Part shown: positions 10,125 to 18,600 of the stretch, piece by piece | Layout of the letters: each line of letters starts with the position of its first letter | How positions within the stretch are numbered: the first letter of the stretch is position 1 | NCBI GenBank assembly: GCA_965116605.1 | Contig: OZ220697.1 | Span: forward strand, 81,427-145,426 | Source: Dehalococcoidia bacterium | GTDB taxonomy: Bacteria > Chloroflexota > Dehalococcoidia > Lucifugimonadales > UBA2962 | DNA: 64,000 nt | Direction: 5' to 3' | Notes under the pieces: model-generated | What the model saw: the letters and a program-made list of their open reading frames with translations, nothing else | Told to the model about the DNA's origin: nothing | The model's database searches: none | Made by a program: the position numbers and the translations under genes

Positions 10125-11525
10125 CTACGGGGGAGTGTCGTAGCGCGGGTCAAAGCCCTCGGGCTCTTCGCCGGCCGACCTGCGGGCAGTGCGCCGCCGG
10201 CGAAGCAGCCAGCCGCCGCCCGCTACCGTCGCTGCGAAGGCGGCCGCAAGGGCGAGCAGCAGGGAGGTTCCGAAGGTGCCCGGGTCGGCCCGGAGGGACG
10301 GCTCGTACTGGTCGGTATCGCGGTCCGGCTCAGGGCGCTCGGAGGGCTCGATGGGCGGCGTGGGGGCCGCCGAAGGATCGGGGTCGGCAGACCGGCCTTT
10401 TGTGATCGGAGGCGCACCTATCGATGCCCGCCACTCGTCCTCGAGCCCGGCGGGATCAAGGCCGTAGGTGTACCTGATCGCGTCCTCGAACCGGGTGCCC
10501 GCGCTGATCTCCCCTATCACCTCGGTTACCTTCTCCTCGCCGTAGGCGTCGATAATGTAGGCGACCAGGCTCCGGGCCTGCGAGTAAAAGAGCCTTACGT
10601 CACCGGGTCGTCCCGGCTGGCCGCGCATCGAGGACAGCGTGAGCAGTGAGCCGGTCCGCGCCGCCGAAAGAACGGCGGGATCGGTACGCGGCGAGCCCGG
10701 CTCGAAGTACATCGCCAGGCCCTCGTTGTACCAGGCAGGGACCCTGCCGAGCGGGGAGGCTATCGCCTCGTCGAGCAGCAGGTGGGCCATCTCGTGCATC
10801 ATCCCCCTCACCCCGACCCCGGCCAGAAGGAAAAGGTCGAAGTCGACGTAGGCGAAGCCTGCGTAAAGGTGGCTCTCGGAGGCCGCCCGGCTGATCGGCG
10901 CAAAGCTGCGGGCGGCCTCTGCGCGATCGTTGACGATGACCGCGCGCATCACGGGCGCCGATTCGACACCCAGCACCCGTCGGACCTCGGCGAGGCGCCG
11001 GTCCACCTCGGCCGCGGCGGCCTCGACCTCTGACCGTGGACGGTCATGCCAGAGCACCTCGATGGATTCCAATGTAATGGACTGCCAGTCGAAGCGGGGG
11101 TCCAGGTAGGTCAGGCCGTAGCTGTCGGTCCTTAGGGAGCGCCCGGATGAGTCCTCTACGAGGTAGTGATACTCGATGTCCAGGCCGCTCGGCAGGTAGG
11201 CGGAGCGGTCACTGTCGATGATGAAGGTGGCCGTTACCGCGGTTCCCGGATCGAAGGCAGGGTAGCCGTAGACGTAGTAGGGACGGTCGCCGAGGCGGTA
11301 GTGGATGGAGATGCCGGTTATGGGGCTGTCCGACTCGGCCCTCAGCGTGAACTCGATGTGGCTCGGGAACAGGACCCTGTGACCCGAGGAGACGATGCGT
11401 ATCGCGGACGGAGCGTCGACGGCGGGGCTCTGCGCGTCGGCAGCATCTCCTTCACCGGGCGGGGCCGCGGCGAGGAGGGTCGCCGCAAGGAGGGCGAGTA
11501 CGGCCGTGAGGATCGCTTTGTTCAT
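10125..11525 (-). CDS. Secreted, C-terminally membrane-anchored HExxH zinc metallopeptidase (peptidase MA-like)
   Basis: Signal peptide MNKAILTAVLALLAATLLAAA. HEMAH is followed by WYNEGLAMYFE. Pro-rich linker, hydrophobic helix LLLALAAAFAATVAGGGWLL, then RRRR and a short cytoplasmic tail. Confidence 0.6.
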   Translation of the reverse strand: MNKAILTAVLALLAATLLAAAPPGEGDAADAQSPAVDAPSAIRIVSSGHRVLFPSHIEFTLRAESDSPITGISIHYRLGDRPYYVYGYPAFDPGTAVTATFIIDSDRSAYLPSGLDIEYHYLVEDSSGRSLRTDSYGLTYLDPRFDWQSITLESIEVLWHDRPRSEVEAAAAEVDRRLAEVRRVLGVESAPVMRAVIVNDRAEAARSFAPISRAASESHLYAGFAYVDFDLFLLAGVGVRGMMHEMAHLLLDEAIASPLGRVPAWYNEGLAMYFEPGSPRTDPAVLSAARTGSLLTLSSMRGQPGRPGDVRLFYSQARSLVAYIIDAYGEEKVTEVIGEISAGTRFEDAIRYTYGLDPAGLEDEWRASIGAPPITKGRSADPDPSAAPTPPIEPSERPEPDRDTDQYEPSLRADPGTFGTSLLLALAAAFAATVAGGGWLLRRRRTARRSAGEEPEGFDPRYDTPP

Positions 11526-11539
11526 AGCTGCCTAGCGGG

Positions 11540-12196
11540 CTATAGGCCCGTAATTCGGATGGAGGCGTGCGCCTTGTGAATGCGGTTGACGTTCAGCAGC
11601 AGGGCGGTCAGGTCCTCGGCGTAGCGCGCGTTGACAAGGCCGCCTCCGTCGATCGCCCTTGCTCCGGGTATCAGGCTCGTGAGGTCTGCGACCTCGGACC
11701 TTGCGCGCTCGTCATCAGAGAATACGAGAACGTCGGAGTCGACGGATTCGTCCGGCCTGAGCAGGTCCCGCGCCGACAGGTTGTGGAACGCGGCGGCAAC
11801 CCGTGCGTTCGGCAGGAGCTGTGCCGCCTGGAGGGCCGCTGAGCCCTCGGGCACCCGTACCGCCGTTGCGGCCCCTCCATCGAAAGCCAAAGGGGCGACG
11901 ACGGTTATCACGAGCTTTCCGGTGAGGCTGGGTCCGATCGACTCCAGCGTCGGGCGTTGGCCCTCGTAGGGGACGGCGATGAACACGATGTCGGATGCTG
12001 CCGCGACCTCGTCGTTGGGGGCTCCGACGACCGAGCCCTCAGGAACCCTGTCGGCGATCTTGGCCACCGCCGCCACCGCGCGCTCGAGCTGGCGGGACCC
12101 GATCATGACGGCCCGGCCGGCAAGGGCGAATCTGAGCGCCAGTCCGCGGCCCTCCGGCCCGGTGCCGCCCACAAATCCGATGGTCTGTGTCGACAT
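11540..12196 (-). CDS. NADPH-dependent F420 reductase (NpdG/Fno family)
   Basis: Rossmann N-terminus IGFVGGTGPEGRGLALRFALAG; 218-aa size and overall pattern fit this family. Confidence 0.65.
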   Translation of the reverse strand: MSTQTIGFVGGTGPEGRGLALRFALAGRAVMIGSRQLERAVAAVAKIADRVPEGSVVGAPNDEVAAASDIVFIAVPYEGQRPTLESIGPSLTGKLVITVVAPLAFDGGAATAVRVPEGSAALQAAQLLPNARVAAAFHNLSARDLLRPDESVDSDVLVFSDDERARSEVADLTSLIPGARAIDGGGLVNARYAEDLTALLLNVNRIHKAHASIRITGL

Positions 12197-12240
12197 CCGT
12201 CAATTGTCCCCTCCGGGTCGCGGGAACCGCAAGCGGCCGA

Positions 12241-12269
12241 TTGCACCCCTCGGGGGCCGCCTTTACAAT
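12241..12269 (+). promoter_or_regulatory. Candidate promoter of the EF-G paralog
   Basis: TTGCAC (12241-12246), 17-nt spacer, TACAAT (12264-12269), 74 nt upstream of the ATG. GAGGAGGAG Shine-Dalgarno precedes the start. Confidence 0.4.
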
Positions 12270-12342
12270 GTGCCGGCCCGCGTCCTGCCCGTCGTAGGCG
12301 GTTCGCCGGGACGCGCGGGCATTAGACAGAGGAGGAGCGAGG

Positions 12343-14358
12343 ATGGCCGAGTTCGGCGCTGACAAGCTGCGCAATGTTGCCCTGGTGTCGCATGGCGGAG
12401 CGGGCAAGACGATGATCGCCGAGGCGATGCTCTTCGCCGCCGGCCAGACGTCCCGGGCCGGCAGCACGGACGAGGGCACAACGGTCTCCGACTACGAGCC
12501 CGAGGAGATCAAGAGGACCGCAAGCGTCCAGTTGTCAGTGATCCCGGTCAAGACGGCGGACCACAAGCTCAACATCCTCGATACGCCGGGCTTCGCGGAC
12601 TTTCGGGGCGGCGTGGTCTCGGCCCTCCGGGTCGCGGACGCCGTGGTGGAGGTGGTGTCGGCGCCGGCCGGTGTGGAGGTAGGGACCGTACAGACCTGGA
12701 ACATGGCAGGCGAGGCGGGTCTGCCGCGGCTGATCTTCGTCAATAAGATGGACCGCGAAAACACCGACTTTGACCGCGCCATGGAATCGATAACGGCGGC
12801 CTTCGGCAGGGAGAGCGTGGCCATAAATGTGCCGGTCTGGGACGGGTCGTCATTTGCAGGGGTCCACGACATACTCTCCAAGGACCCTCCGCCGGAGGCG
12901 GCCGATCGCGCAGAGGCGGCCTACGAGAGGCTGGTAGAGGCGGTCGCAGAGAGCGATGACGATCTGGCGACCAAGTACCTGGAGGGCGAAGAGCTCACTC
13001 CGGCCGACGTTTCAGCCGGCCTCAGGAGCGCGGTTGCCGAGGGGACCGTGATACCCGTTCTGTTCGGGTCGGCCGCGGCGGGCGTCGGGATTGGAGAGCT
13101 GGCCAGAGCGCTGATCGACCTCTGTCCTTCTCCGGCCGATGCGGGCGGGCAGAGGTCGGGCGAGAGGGGCGAGGCGGGCGACGCGCTTGCGGCCCTGGTA
13201 TTTAAGACCACCGCGGATCCGTTCGTGGGCAAGCTCTCCTACTTCAGGGTCATGTCCGGCACCTTCCGCAGCGACTCGCAGGTCTGGAACGCGGCCCCGG
13301 GACAGGGTGAGCGGGTCGGGCAGGTGTTCGTGGTAACGGGCAAGGATACCGAGGCTGTGACCGAGTTCGGCCCCGGCGACATCGGAGCGGTCTCAAAGCT
13401 CAACTCGGTTGAGACCGGCCACACGCTTACCGAAAGGGACAATCCGGTCGTCCTGGAGGGCCTGACATTCCCGGACCCGGTCTACGTGATGGCGGTCCGT
13501 CCCACGGCCAAGACCGACGTGGACAAGCTCACCAGTGCCCTGGCCCGCATCGCCGAGGAGGACCCGACGCTGAGGGTGGACCGCCAGCCGGATACCGGCG
13601 AACTCCTGATCGCAGGGCTCGGCGACATGCACATCCTGGTGGCGATGGAGAAGATGAACCGAAAGTTCGCCGTCTCCGTCGATCTCGCCGTGCCCAGGGT
13701 GGCCTACAAGGAGACCATCCGGTCCACCTCACGGGTGGAGCACAAACACAAAAAGCAGTCCGGCGGTCACGGGCAGTACGGCCACGTCTGGCTGGAGATC
13801 GAGCCTCTGCCCAGGGGCGGAGGATTCGAGTTCCAGTCCAAGGTCGTCGGCGGTTCCGTTCCCCGTGAGTACATCCCGTCGGTGGAAAAGGGCGTGTCCA
13901 GGGCGATGGGCGAGGGCGTGCTGGCCGGCTTCCCGGTAGTCGACATCAAGACCACACTCGTTGACGGCAGCAGCCACCCGGTCGATTCGTCGGGCATATG
14001 CTACGAGATCGCCGGGTCACAGGCCCTGCAGAAGGGCATCAAGGCGGCCGATCCCATACTGCTGGAGCCGATCATGATGCTTGCGGTGACCGTGCCGGAC
14101 GATGCGGCCGGCGACATTATGGGTGACCTCAACGGGCGCCGCGGCCGCATCCAGAGCATGACGCCACGGGGCGATGGCACGACGGTGATCGAGGCCGAGG
14201 TTCCCCAGGCAGAGGTCCTGCAGTACGCGACCGACCTGCGGTCGCAGACCCAGGGACAGGGGACCTTCACGCTGAAGCTGGCACGGCTGGAGCCGGTGCC
14301 GGATCACCTGGCAGGCCGGATCGTTGAGACCCAGGAGCAGCAGGCCGCGGCGGTCTAG
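12343..14358 (+). CDS. Elongation factor G paralog (EF-G2-like translational GTPase)
   Basis: Intact GTPase motifs SHGGAGKT, DTPGF and NKMD plus EF-G domains II-V; 671 aa. Distinct from the canonical fusA at 57894. Confidence 0.85.
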   Translation: MAEFGADKLRNVALVSHGGAGKTMIAEAMLFAAGQTSRAGSTDEGTTVSDYEPEEIKRTASVQLSVIPVKTADHKLNILDTPGFADFRGGVVSALRVADAVVEVVSAPAGVEVGTVQTWNMAGEAGLPRLIFVNKMDRENTDFDRAMESITAAFGRESVAINVPVWDGSSFAGVHDILSKDPPPEAADRAEAAYERLVEAVAESDDDLATKYLEGEELTPADVSAGLRSAVAEGTVIPVLFGSAAAGVGIGELARALIDLCPSPADAGGQRSGERGEAGDALAALVFKTTADPFVGKLSYFRVMSGTFRSDSQVWNAAPGQGERVGQVFVVTGKDTEAVTEFGPGDIGAVSKLNSVETGHTLTERDNPVVLEGLTFPDPVYVMAVRPTAKTDVDKLTSALARIAEEDPTLRVDRQPDTGELLIAGLGDMHILVAMEKMNRKFAVSVDLAVPRVAYKETIRSTSRVEHKHKKQSGGHGQYGHVWLEIEPLPRGGGFEFQSKVVGGSVPREYIPSVEKGVSRAMGEGVLAGFPVVDIKTTLVDGSSHPVDSSGICYEIAGSQALQKGIKAADPILLEPIMMLAVTVPDDAAGDIMGDLNGRRGRIQSMTPRGDGTTVIEAEVPQAEVLQYATDLRSQTQGQGTFTLKLARLEPVPDHLAGRIVETQEQQAAAV

Positions 14359-14389
14359 GGACGCTCCCCGGCCGGGCCGCAGGACGCGA

Positions 14390-14839
14390 TCAGTCCAGCG
14401 TGCGCTGGCTGGTCCAGATCGTGTGGTAGTTCTGCCCCATCACGACCCGAGCAAGCTCGGCCTTCTCCTGGCGCCTGAGCTCGTCGAAGACCCGGGACAT
14501 GTACTCGCCGGGCGAGGGATGGCCCGCCTTCGATAGCTGGTCGATCATCTGCTGCCATATCCCGTGGGTCTCAAGGCTCTCTACGTAGCGCGGCCAGCCG
14601 ATCACCGACAGGCTATGTCGGCGCGGAAAGCCGGTGCGCAGCCGGCGGATGGCCCGCATGCGCTCCTGCGGGGAGGCCACCATCGGCATTATCTTTACCA
14701 TGGGGCCCGAGTGTTCCGTGGAGCGCAGGTCCACAACGAGTGACTTTCGGAACATCGGGAAGAAGATCGACAGTACCTCAGCCTCGCTGATGTCGATCAG
14801 GATCTCGTTGACGTCTAGCTCGAAATCTCCCTCCATCAA
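14390..14839 (-). CDS. Hypothetical protein (149 aa)
   Basis: Balanced amino-acid composition, unlike the antisense artefacts. GGAGAG lies about 10 nt upstream of ATGATG. No family recognised. Confidence 0.45.
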   Translation of the reverse strand: MMEGDFELDVNEILIDISEAEVLSIFFPMFRKSLVVDLRSTEHSGPMVKIMPMVASPQERMRAIRRLRTGFPRRHSLSVIGWPRYVESLETHGIWQQMIDQLSKAGHPSPGEYMSRVFDELRRQEKAELARVVMGQNYHTIWTSQRTLD

Positions 14840-14950
14840 GGGGCGCTCTCCAGGTGAAATTGGGTGGGCCGAAACGGTCCTTGGCGGACCTGGCCCGCAG
14901 TCGGCACTTCCATGTTACGCGGTCGGCGGCGAGATCGCCAGCGCTCCGAT

Positions 14951-15913
14951 TCAGCCTCTCCTGAGATCCGTTACGGCCGCCAGGAACGCCGGTAGCACCG
15001 CCTTCCAGTCCCCTACGATGCCGTAGCGGGCATCCCTGAAAATGCTGGCCCGCTCGTCGGTGTTCACAGCGACGATGTTCTTTGCTCCGGTGCATCCCGC
15101 GATGTGCTGGCTGGCGCCGGAGATTCCAAAGGTGATGTAGAGATCGGGCGTGATCGTCTTGCCTGTCAGACCCACCTGGTAGGAGTGGTCTATCCACCCC
15201 GCATCGCAGGCCGCGCGGGATGCACCGACCGCGCCTCCAAGAACCCCGGCCAGCTCGCGCAGTTGCTCAAAGGGCTCCGGGCCGCCGAGTCCCCTTCCGC
15301 CGCCAATGACGACCGCCGCGTCCTCAAGGCTGATGCCGGCGGCCTCCTGCCGGACGAGACGAACCGACCTTACCCTGAGGCGCCCCCGGTCGAGCGAGGG
15401 ACGCACGCTGGTCACCTCGCCAGACCTTGACGGGTCTGGCTCAAGCGGATCGCAGGCGTTGCCCCTGACCGTGATGACGGCCGGGCGGTCGTCGGGGAAC
15501 GACACCCTGGCGACGGCGTTGCCTCCGTAGACCGGCCGAACGGCCGTTAACCGGCCGTCTCCCTCGAGCCCGATCGAGATGCAGTCCTGCGCCAGCGCCG
15601 CATCCAGCCGGGCGGCGAGGCGGGGCCCGATCTCGGAACCGACGTCGGTTCTTGAGACCAGGACTATCCCGGGCCGGTACTGGCGGCAGACCTGCTCGTA
15701 GCACTGCAGCTGGGCGTCGCGACCGCCGCCGGCCACGTCCCCGGCGTCGTCGATCAGGTATGCGCGATGCGCGCCGGCGGCTATTGCGGCAGCCGCCGAT
15801 TCCTCCCCGCCGATCAGCGCAACGGACACCTCCGCCGCCAGGGCCCGCGCGAGCGCGATCATCTCGGCCGCGCCCTGATCGAGTCGGCCGTCCTGCGTGA
15901 GCTCTCCGATCAC
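14951..15913 (-). CDS. etfA: Electron transfer flavoprotein alpha subunit
   Basis: C-terminal FAD-binding signature PDLYITFGISGASQHIAGC. GTG at 15913 (VIGELTQDG...) just after the etfB stop is the likely start. The ORF-track version (to 16051) overlaps etfB. Confidence 0.85.
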   Translation of the reverse strand: MIGELTQDGRLDQGAAEMIALARALAAEVSVALIGGEESAAAAIAAGAHRAYLIDDAGDVAGGGRDAQLQCYEQVCRQYRPGIVLVSRTDVGSEIGPRLAARLDAALAQDCISIGLEGDGRLTAVRPVYGGNAVARVSFPDDRPAVITVRGNACDPLEPDPSRSGEVTSVRPSLDRGRLRVRSVRLVRQEAAGISLEDAAVVIGGGRGLGGPEPFEQLRELAGVLGGAVGASRAACDAGWIDHSYQVGLTGKTITPDLYITFGISGASQHIAGCTGAKNIVAVNTDERASIFRDARYGIVGDWKAVLPAFLAAVTDLRRG

Positions 15914-15927
15914 CAGGGATCGCTCGA

Positions 15928-16758
15928 TCAGATCAGTCCCTCCTCCCTCAGCCTGAGGGCGAGCAGTCGGCCGGAGTCCGCCCCGCTCTCGCCCTCGATG
16001 AACTCGCACAGCCGGCTCGATTCCGGCACGTATAGCTCCTCGATCTCGCACCTCGGCGCCAGGCGTGCCGCGTCGAGTCCAAGGTCACGGGGGCTCATCA
16101 CGGTGGCCTGCTTTCTGCCTGCTGCCATGATCCCGCGAAGGGTCGGGTACCTGGGCGGCCCCAGCTCGTTGCTGACCGTGACCACCGCGGGAAGGTCGGC
16201 CTCTATCTCCTCGTACCCGGCGGCCAGCACGCGCTCTGCGCGTACCGTGCCCCCGTCGACGGTCACGTCCTGCGCGAAGGGCAGGCAGGCGACGTCGAGC
16301 ATCTCGGCGAGGATGAGCGGGACCTGCGCGTTGTCCCAGTCCGAGGCCTGACGGCCACACAGGATCAGATCGGCGCCGAGCGCTTCGACCGCACGTGAGA
16401 GCACGTAGGCGGTGGCGAACGCATCGAGGTCGGCCAGCTCGGGGGCCTGCACCAGCACGAGGTCGTCGGCGCCCATGGATACGGGCTTTTTGATCACGTC
16501 CATCGCAAAGCCGTCCCCGACCGACAGGACGGTGACGCTGGCGCCCGAGGCGTCCTTGATCCGAAGGGCCGCCTCCGTCGCGTTCTCGTCGAATCCGTTG
16601 ACGACCGGCGGGACCCCGGGGGCTGCCGCCACCTTCATCAGGTCGGGATCGATCCTAAAAGCCGAAAGAGGGGTCTCGGGGTCGATGACCTGTTTGGCGC
16701 AGACGACGATCTTCACGGTGGACGGTCGGAAGGTAGCACCGGCCCCTGAGGGTGTCAA
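15928..16758 (-). CDS. etfB: Electron transfer flavoprotein beta subunit
   Basis: VKIVVCAKQVIDPE... EtfB N-terminus. TTG at 16758 has a GGAAGG SD about 10 nt upstream. The alternative GTG at 16716 lacks an SD. Confidence 0.85.
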   Translation of the reverse strand: MTPSGAGATFRPSTVKIVVCAKQVIDPETPLSAFRIDPDLMKVAAAPGVPPVVNGFDENATEAALRIKDASGASVTVLSVGDGFAMDVIKKPVSMGADDLVLVQAPELADLDAFATAYVLSRAVEALGADLILCGRQASDWDNAQVPLILAEMLDVACLPFAQDVTVDGGTVRAERVLAAGYEEIEADLPAVVTVSNELGPPRYPTLRGIMAAGRKQATVMSPRDLGLDAARLAPRCEIEELYVPESSRLCEFIEGESGADSGRLLALRLREEGLI

Positions 16759-16779
16759 ACGAGCCCGACCTTCCGACCG
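16723..16779 (-). promoter_or_regulatory. Perfect 12-bp inverted repeat enclosing the etfB SD and start
   Basis: cggtcggaaggt (16723-16734) and accttccgaccg (16768-16779) are exact reverse complements with a 33-nt loop. In the mRNA the 5' arm contains the GGAAGG SD and the loop contains TTG 16758. Confidence 0.35.
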
Positions 16780-16993
16780 GAGATCCTTTTCAGGCGATCA
16801 CAGCCCCAAAAGGGCGCCCCTGAAATGTAGAACAACAGTGCCACGAAGTGACCCGCACCAGATGCGCCGGGAGGGCCGTCCGGCCCACCACGATGCGGCG
16901 GAGGGGAATCAATCCCGCGTCCGCTCCCGACGGGTGGACGGTATCGAGAAAAAGATCACAACTGAAAAGGGTGGCGATTTCTTGAAATGAGTC

Positions 16994-17022
16994 TTGACAA
17001 AGTTTCAAACAATGTTTATCAA
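16994..17022 (+). promoter_or_regulatory. Candidate promoter of the 167-aa zinc-ribbon gene
   Basis: TTGACA (16994-16999), 17-nt spacer, TATCAA (17017-17022), in a conspicuously AT-rich stretch. Confidence 0.4.
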
Positions 17023-17094
17023 TTGTCCTAATTTTGGCACCCGTGGTGGCATCGCCGGTCAGGCGGCAAGCCGCTCGGGTTGGGGAGGGGCGCA

Positions 17095-17598
17095 ATGGTT
17101 ATCCAGGCCACACCGACTACATTCCGGCCGGCTATACCGCCATTACCCGCACAGCCGCGCGTCGTCGAGCCGCTCCCGAACGCCGTAGCGCGTCCGATAC
17201 GCGAGCGGAGGGGTCACGATCGGTGCCCGCGCTGCTACGACACGTTGGTCAGGGGATTCCAGGAGCCTGAATGCCTTAAGTGCGGCTACGTGGACTACAG
17301 CCACCAGGAGCGGTCCAGGAACGGCCGCCCGAAGAACCTTGTAAGCGCCGGCGCAACCTACGTACTGCGCTACGTGGGTGACTCGCCTCAGCTGGCGCAC
17401 ACGCTCACCTACGTCCAGGCCGTGCGGCTGCGCAACAGGGCGGTCTACGAGGTGACCTGCCCGTTCTGCTCGAGCCTGATGGAACAGTCCTCCCTCTCGG
17501 GAAAGCGCCGGGACATACGCGAAGAGCGCTTTAAGTGCTACCAGGGCCACAGGGTATCTCTGACGCCTGGTAAGAACCGCTCTCTGGGCTGGAAGTAG
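17095..17598 (+). CDS. Zinc-ribbon protein (167 aa), paralogous in its ribbon to 2902..3075; function unknown
   Basis: ATG 17095 preceded by GGGGAGGGG. CPRCYDTLVRGFQEPECLKCGYVDY matches CPRC...ECLQCGYMDY of the small protein. A second Cys/His cluster is CPFC...CYQGH. Own strong terminator. Confidence 0.6.
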   Translation: MVIQATPTTFRPAIPPLPAQPRVVEPLPNAVARPIRERRGHDRCPRCYDTLVRGFQEPECLKCGYVDYSHQERSRNGRPKNLVSAGATYVLRYVGDSPQLAHTLTYVQAVRLRNRAVYEVTCPFCSSLMEQSSLSGKRRDIREERFKCYQGHRVSLTPGKNRSLGWK

Positions 17599-17617
17599 CG
17601 CCGAGTCCGAACCGCTC

Positions 17618-17652
17618 AGGCCGGAGAGCCGTCGGCTCTCCGGCCTTTTTTT
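17618..17652 (+). terminator. Rho-independent terminator
   Basis: 13-bp perfect stem aggccggagagcc / ggctctccggcct with a 4-nt loop, followed by T7. Confidence 0.8.
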
Positions 17653-17681
17653 CGCCCCCGGCCGCCCGTACACTGGCGCCT

Positions 17682-18548
17682 ATGGCCAAGGTCGTCGAGC
17701 GCTGCGAGCGGGCCGGAGACGGGCACGTGTTCGTGTGCGACTTCTCTCCTCCCAGGGGCGGGGACCCGGCCCTGCTGTCAGGCGCGCAGGACCTTCCGGC
17801 GGACTTTATCTCGGTCGCCTACAACCCCGGCAAGTCACCCAGGCTGAACCCGGCGTCCGGCGCGCACTGGATCGCCCGCAACACCGGAAGGGACGTCCTG
17901 TTCACGGTCTCTACCCGCGACATGAACAGGATGGCCATCCAGGGCATGCTGCTCGGCGCCGACCTTCTGGGCCTTGAGAACGTGGTGGTCGTAAAGGGCG
18001 ACCCCTACCGGGCCACAGACCTTGAGTGGGCGGTCCCCGTCGACGATTACCGGCCCACCGAGCTGATCGCGGCCGTAAGGGGCCTCAATGAGGGGGTGGA
18101 CTTTAGGGGGCTGAAGCTCAGGTCCCGGTCCGGCTTCTGCGTTGGCGCCACGATAGACCTGGGCAAGCCGCTGCAGGGGCAGGTGCGCCTCACGCGCCGA
18201 AAGGTGGAATCGGGAGCCGAGTTCTTCCTGCTGCAGGCCCTCTTTGAGCCGGGGTTGCTCGCCGATTTCGCCGAGGCCTACGCCGAGGCCTGGGGCGAAG
18301 AGCTCGGCCAGCCCGTCTTTTGCGGCGTGCAGGTTCCGGTCCCGGACGGTGTCACCTTCGGAAGGCTGCCGGACTGGGTGACCGCGGGGATGGACGGGGG
18401 CAGGGACGGTGTCGACATAGCCGTCGAGCTGATCGAGCGCTACGCCGAGGCCGGTTACAGGAACGTGTATCTTGTCCCCCCGATATTCAGGGGAGGCCGC
18501 CGCGACTATGAGTCGGCGGCTCGTGTTCTGCGAGCCTTCGGTCGGTGA
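17682..18548 (+). CDS. Methylenetetrahydrofolate-reductase-like TIM-barrel protein (tentative)
   Basis: Overall resemblance to the MetF/MTHFR family (VCDFSPPRGGD..., ISVAYNPGKSPR, VVVVKGD). Assignment from pattern memory only. Confidence 0.5.
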   Translation: MAKVVERCERAGDGHVFVCDFSPPRGGDPALLSGAQDLPADFISVAYNPGKSPRLNPASGAHWIARNTGRDVLFTVSTRDMNRMAIQGMLLGADLLGLENVVVVKGDPYRATDLEWAVPVDDYRPTELIAAVRGLNEGVDFRGLKLRSRSGFCVGATIDLGKPLQGQVRLTRRKVESGAEFFLLQALFEPGLLADFAEAYAEAWGEELGQPVFCGVQVPVPDGVTFGRLPDWVTAGMDGGRDGVDIAVELIERYAEAGYRNVYLVPPIFRGGRRDYESAARVLRAFGR

Positions 18549-18600
18549 GACGCCTCGCCGAGCGCCTCAGGCCGGACGCGATGAGCTAGAGAGGAGACAA

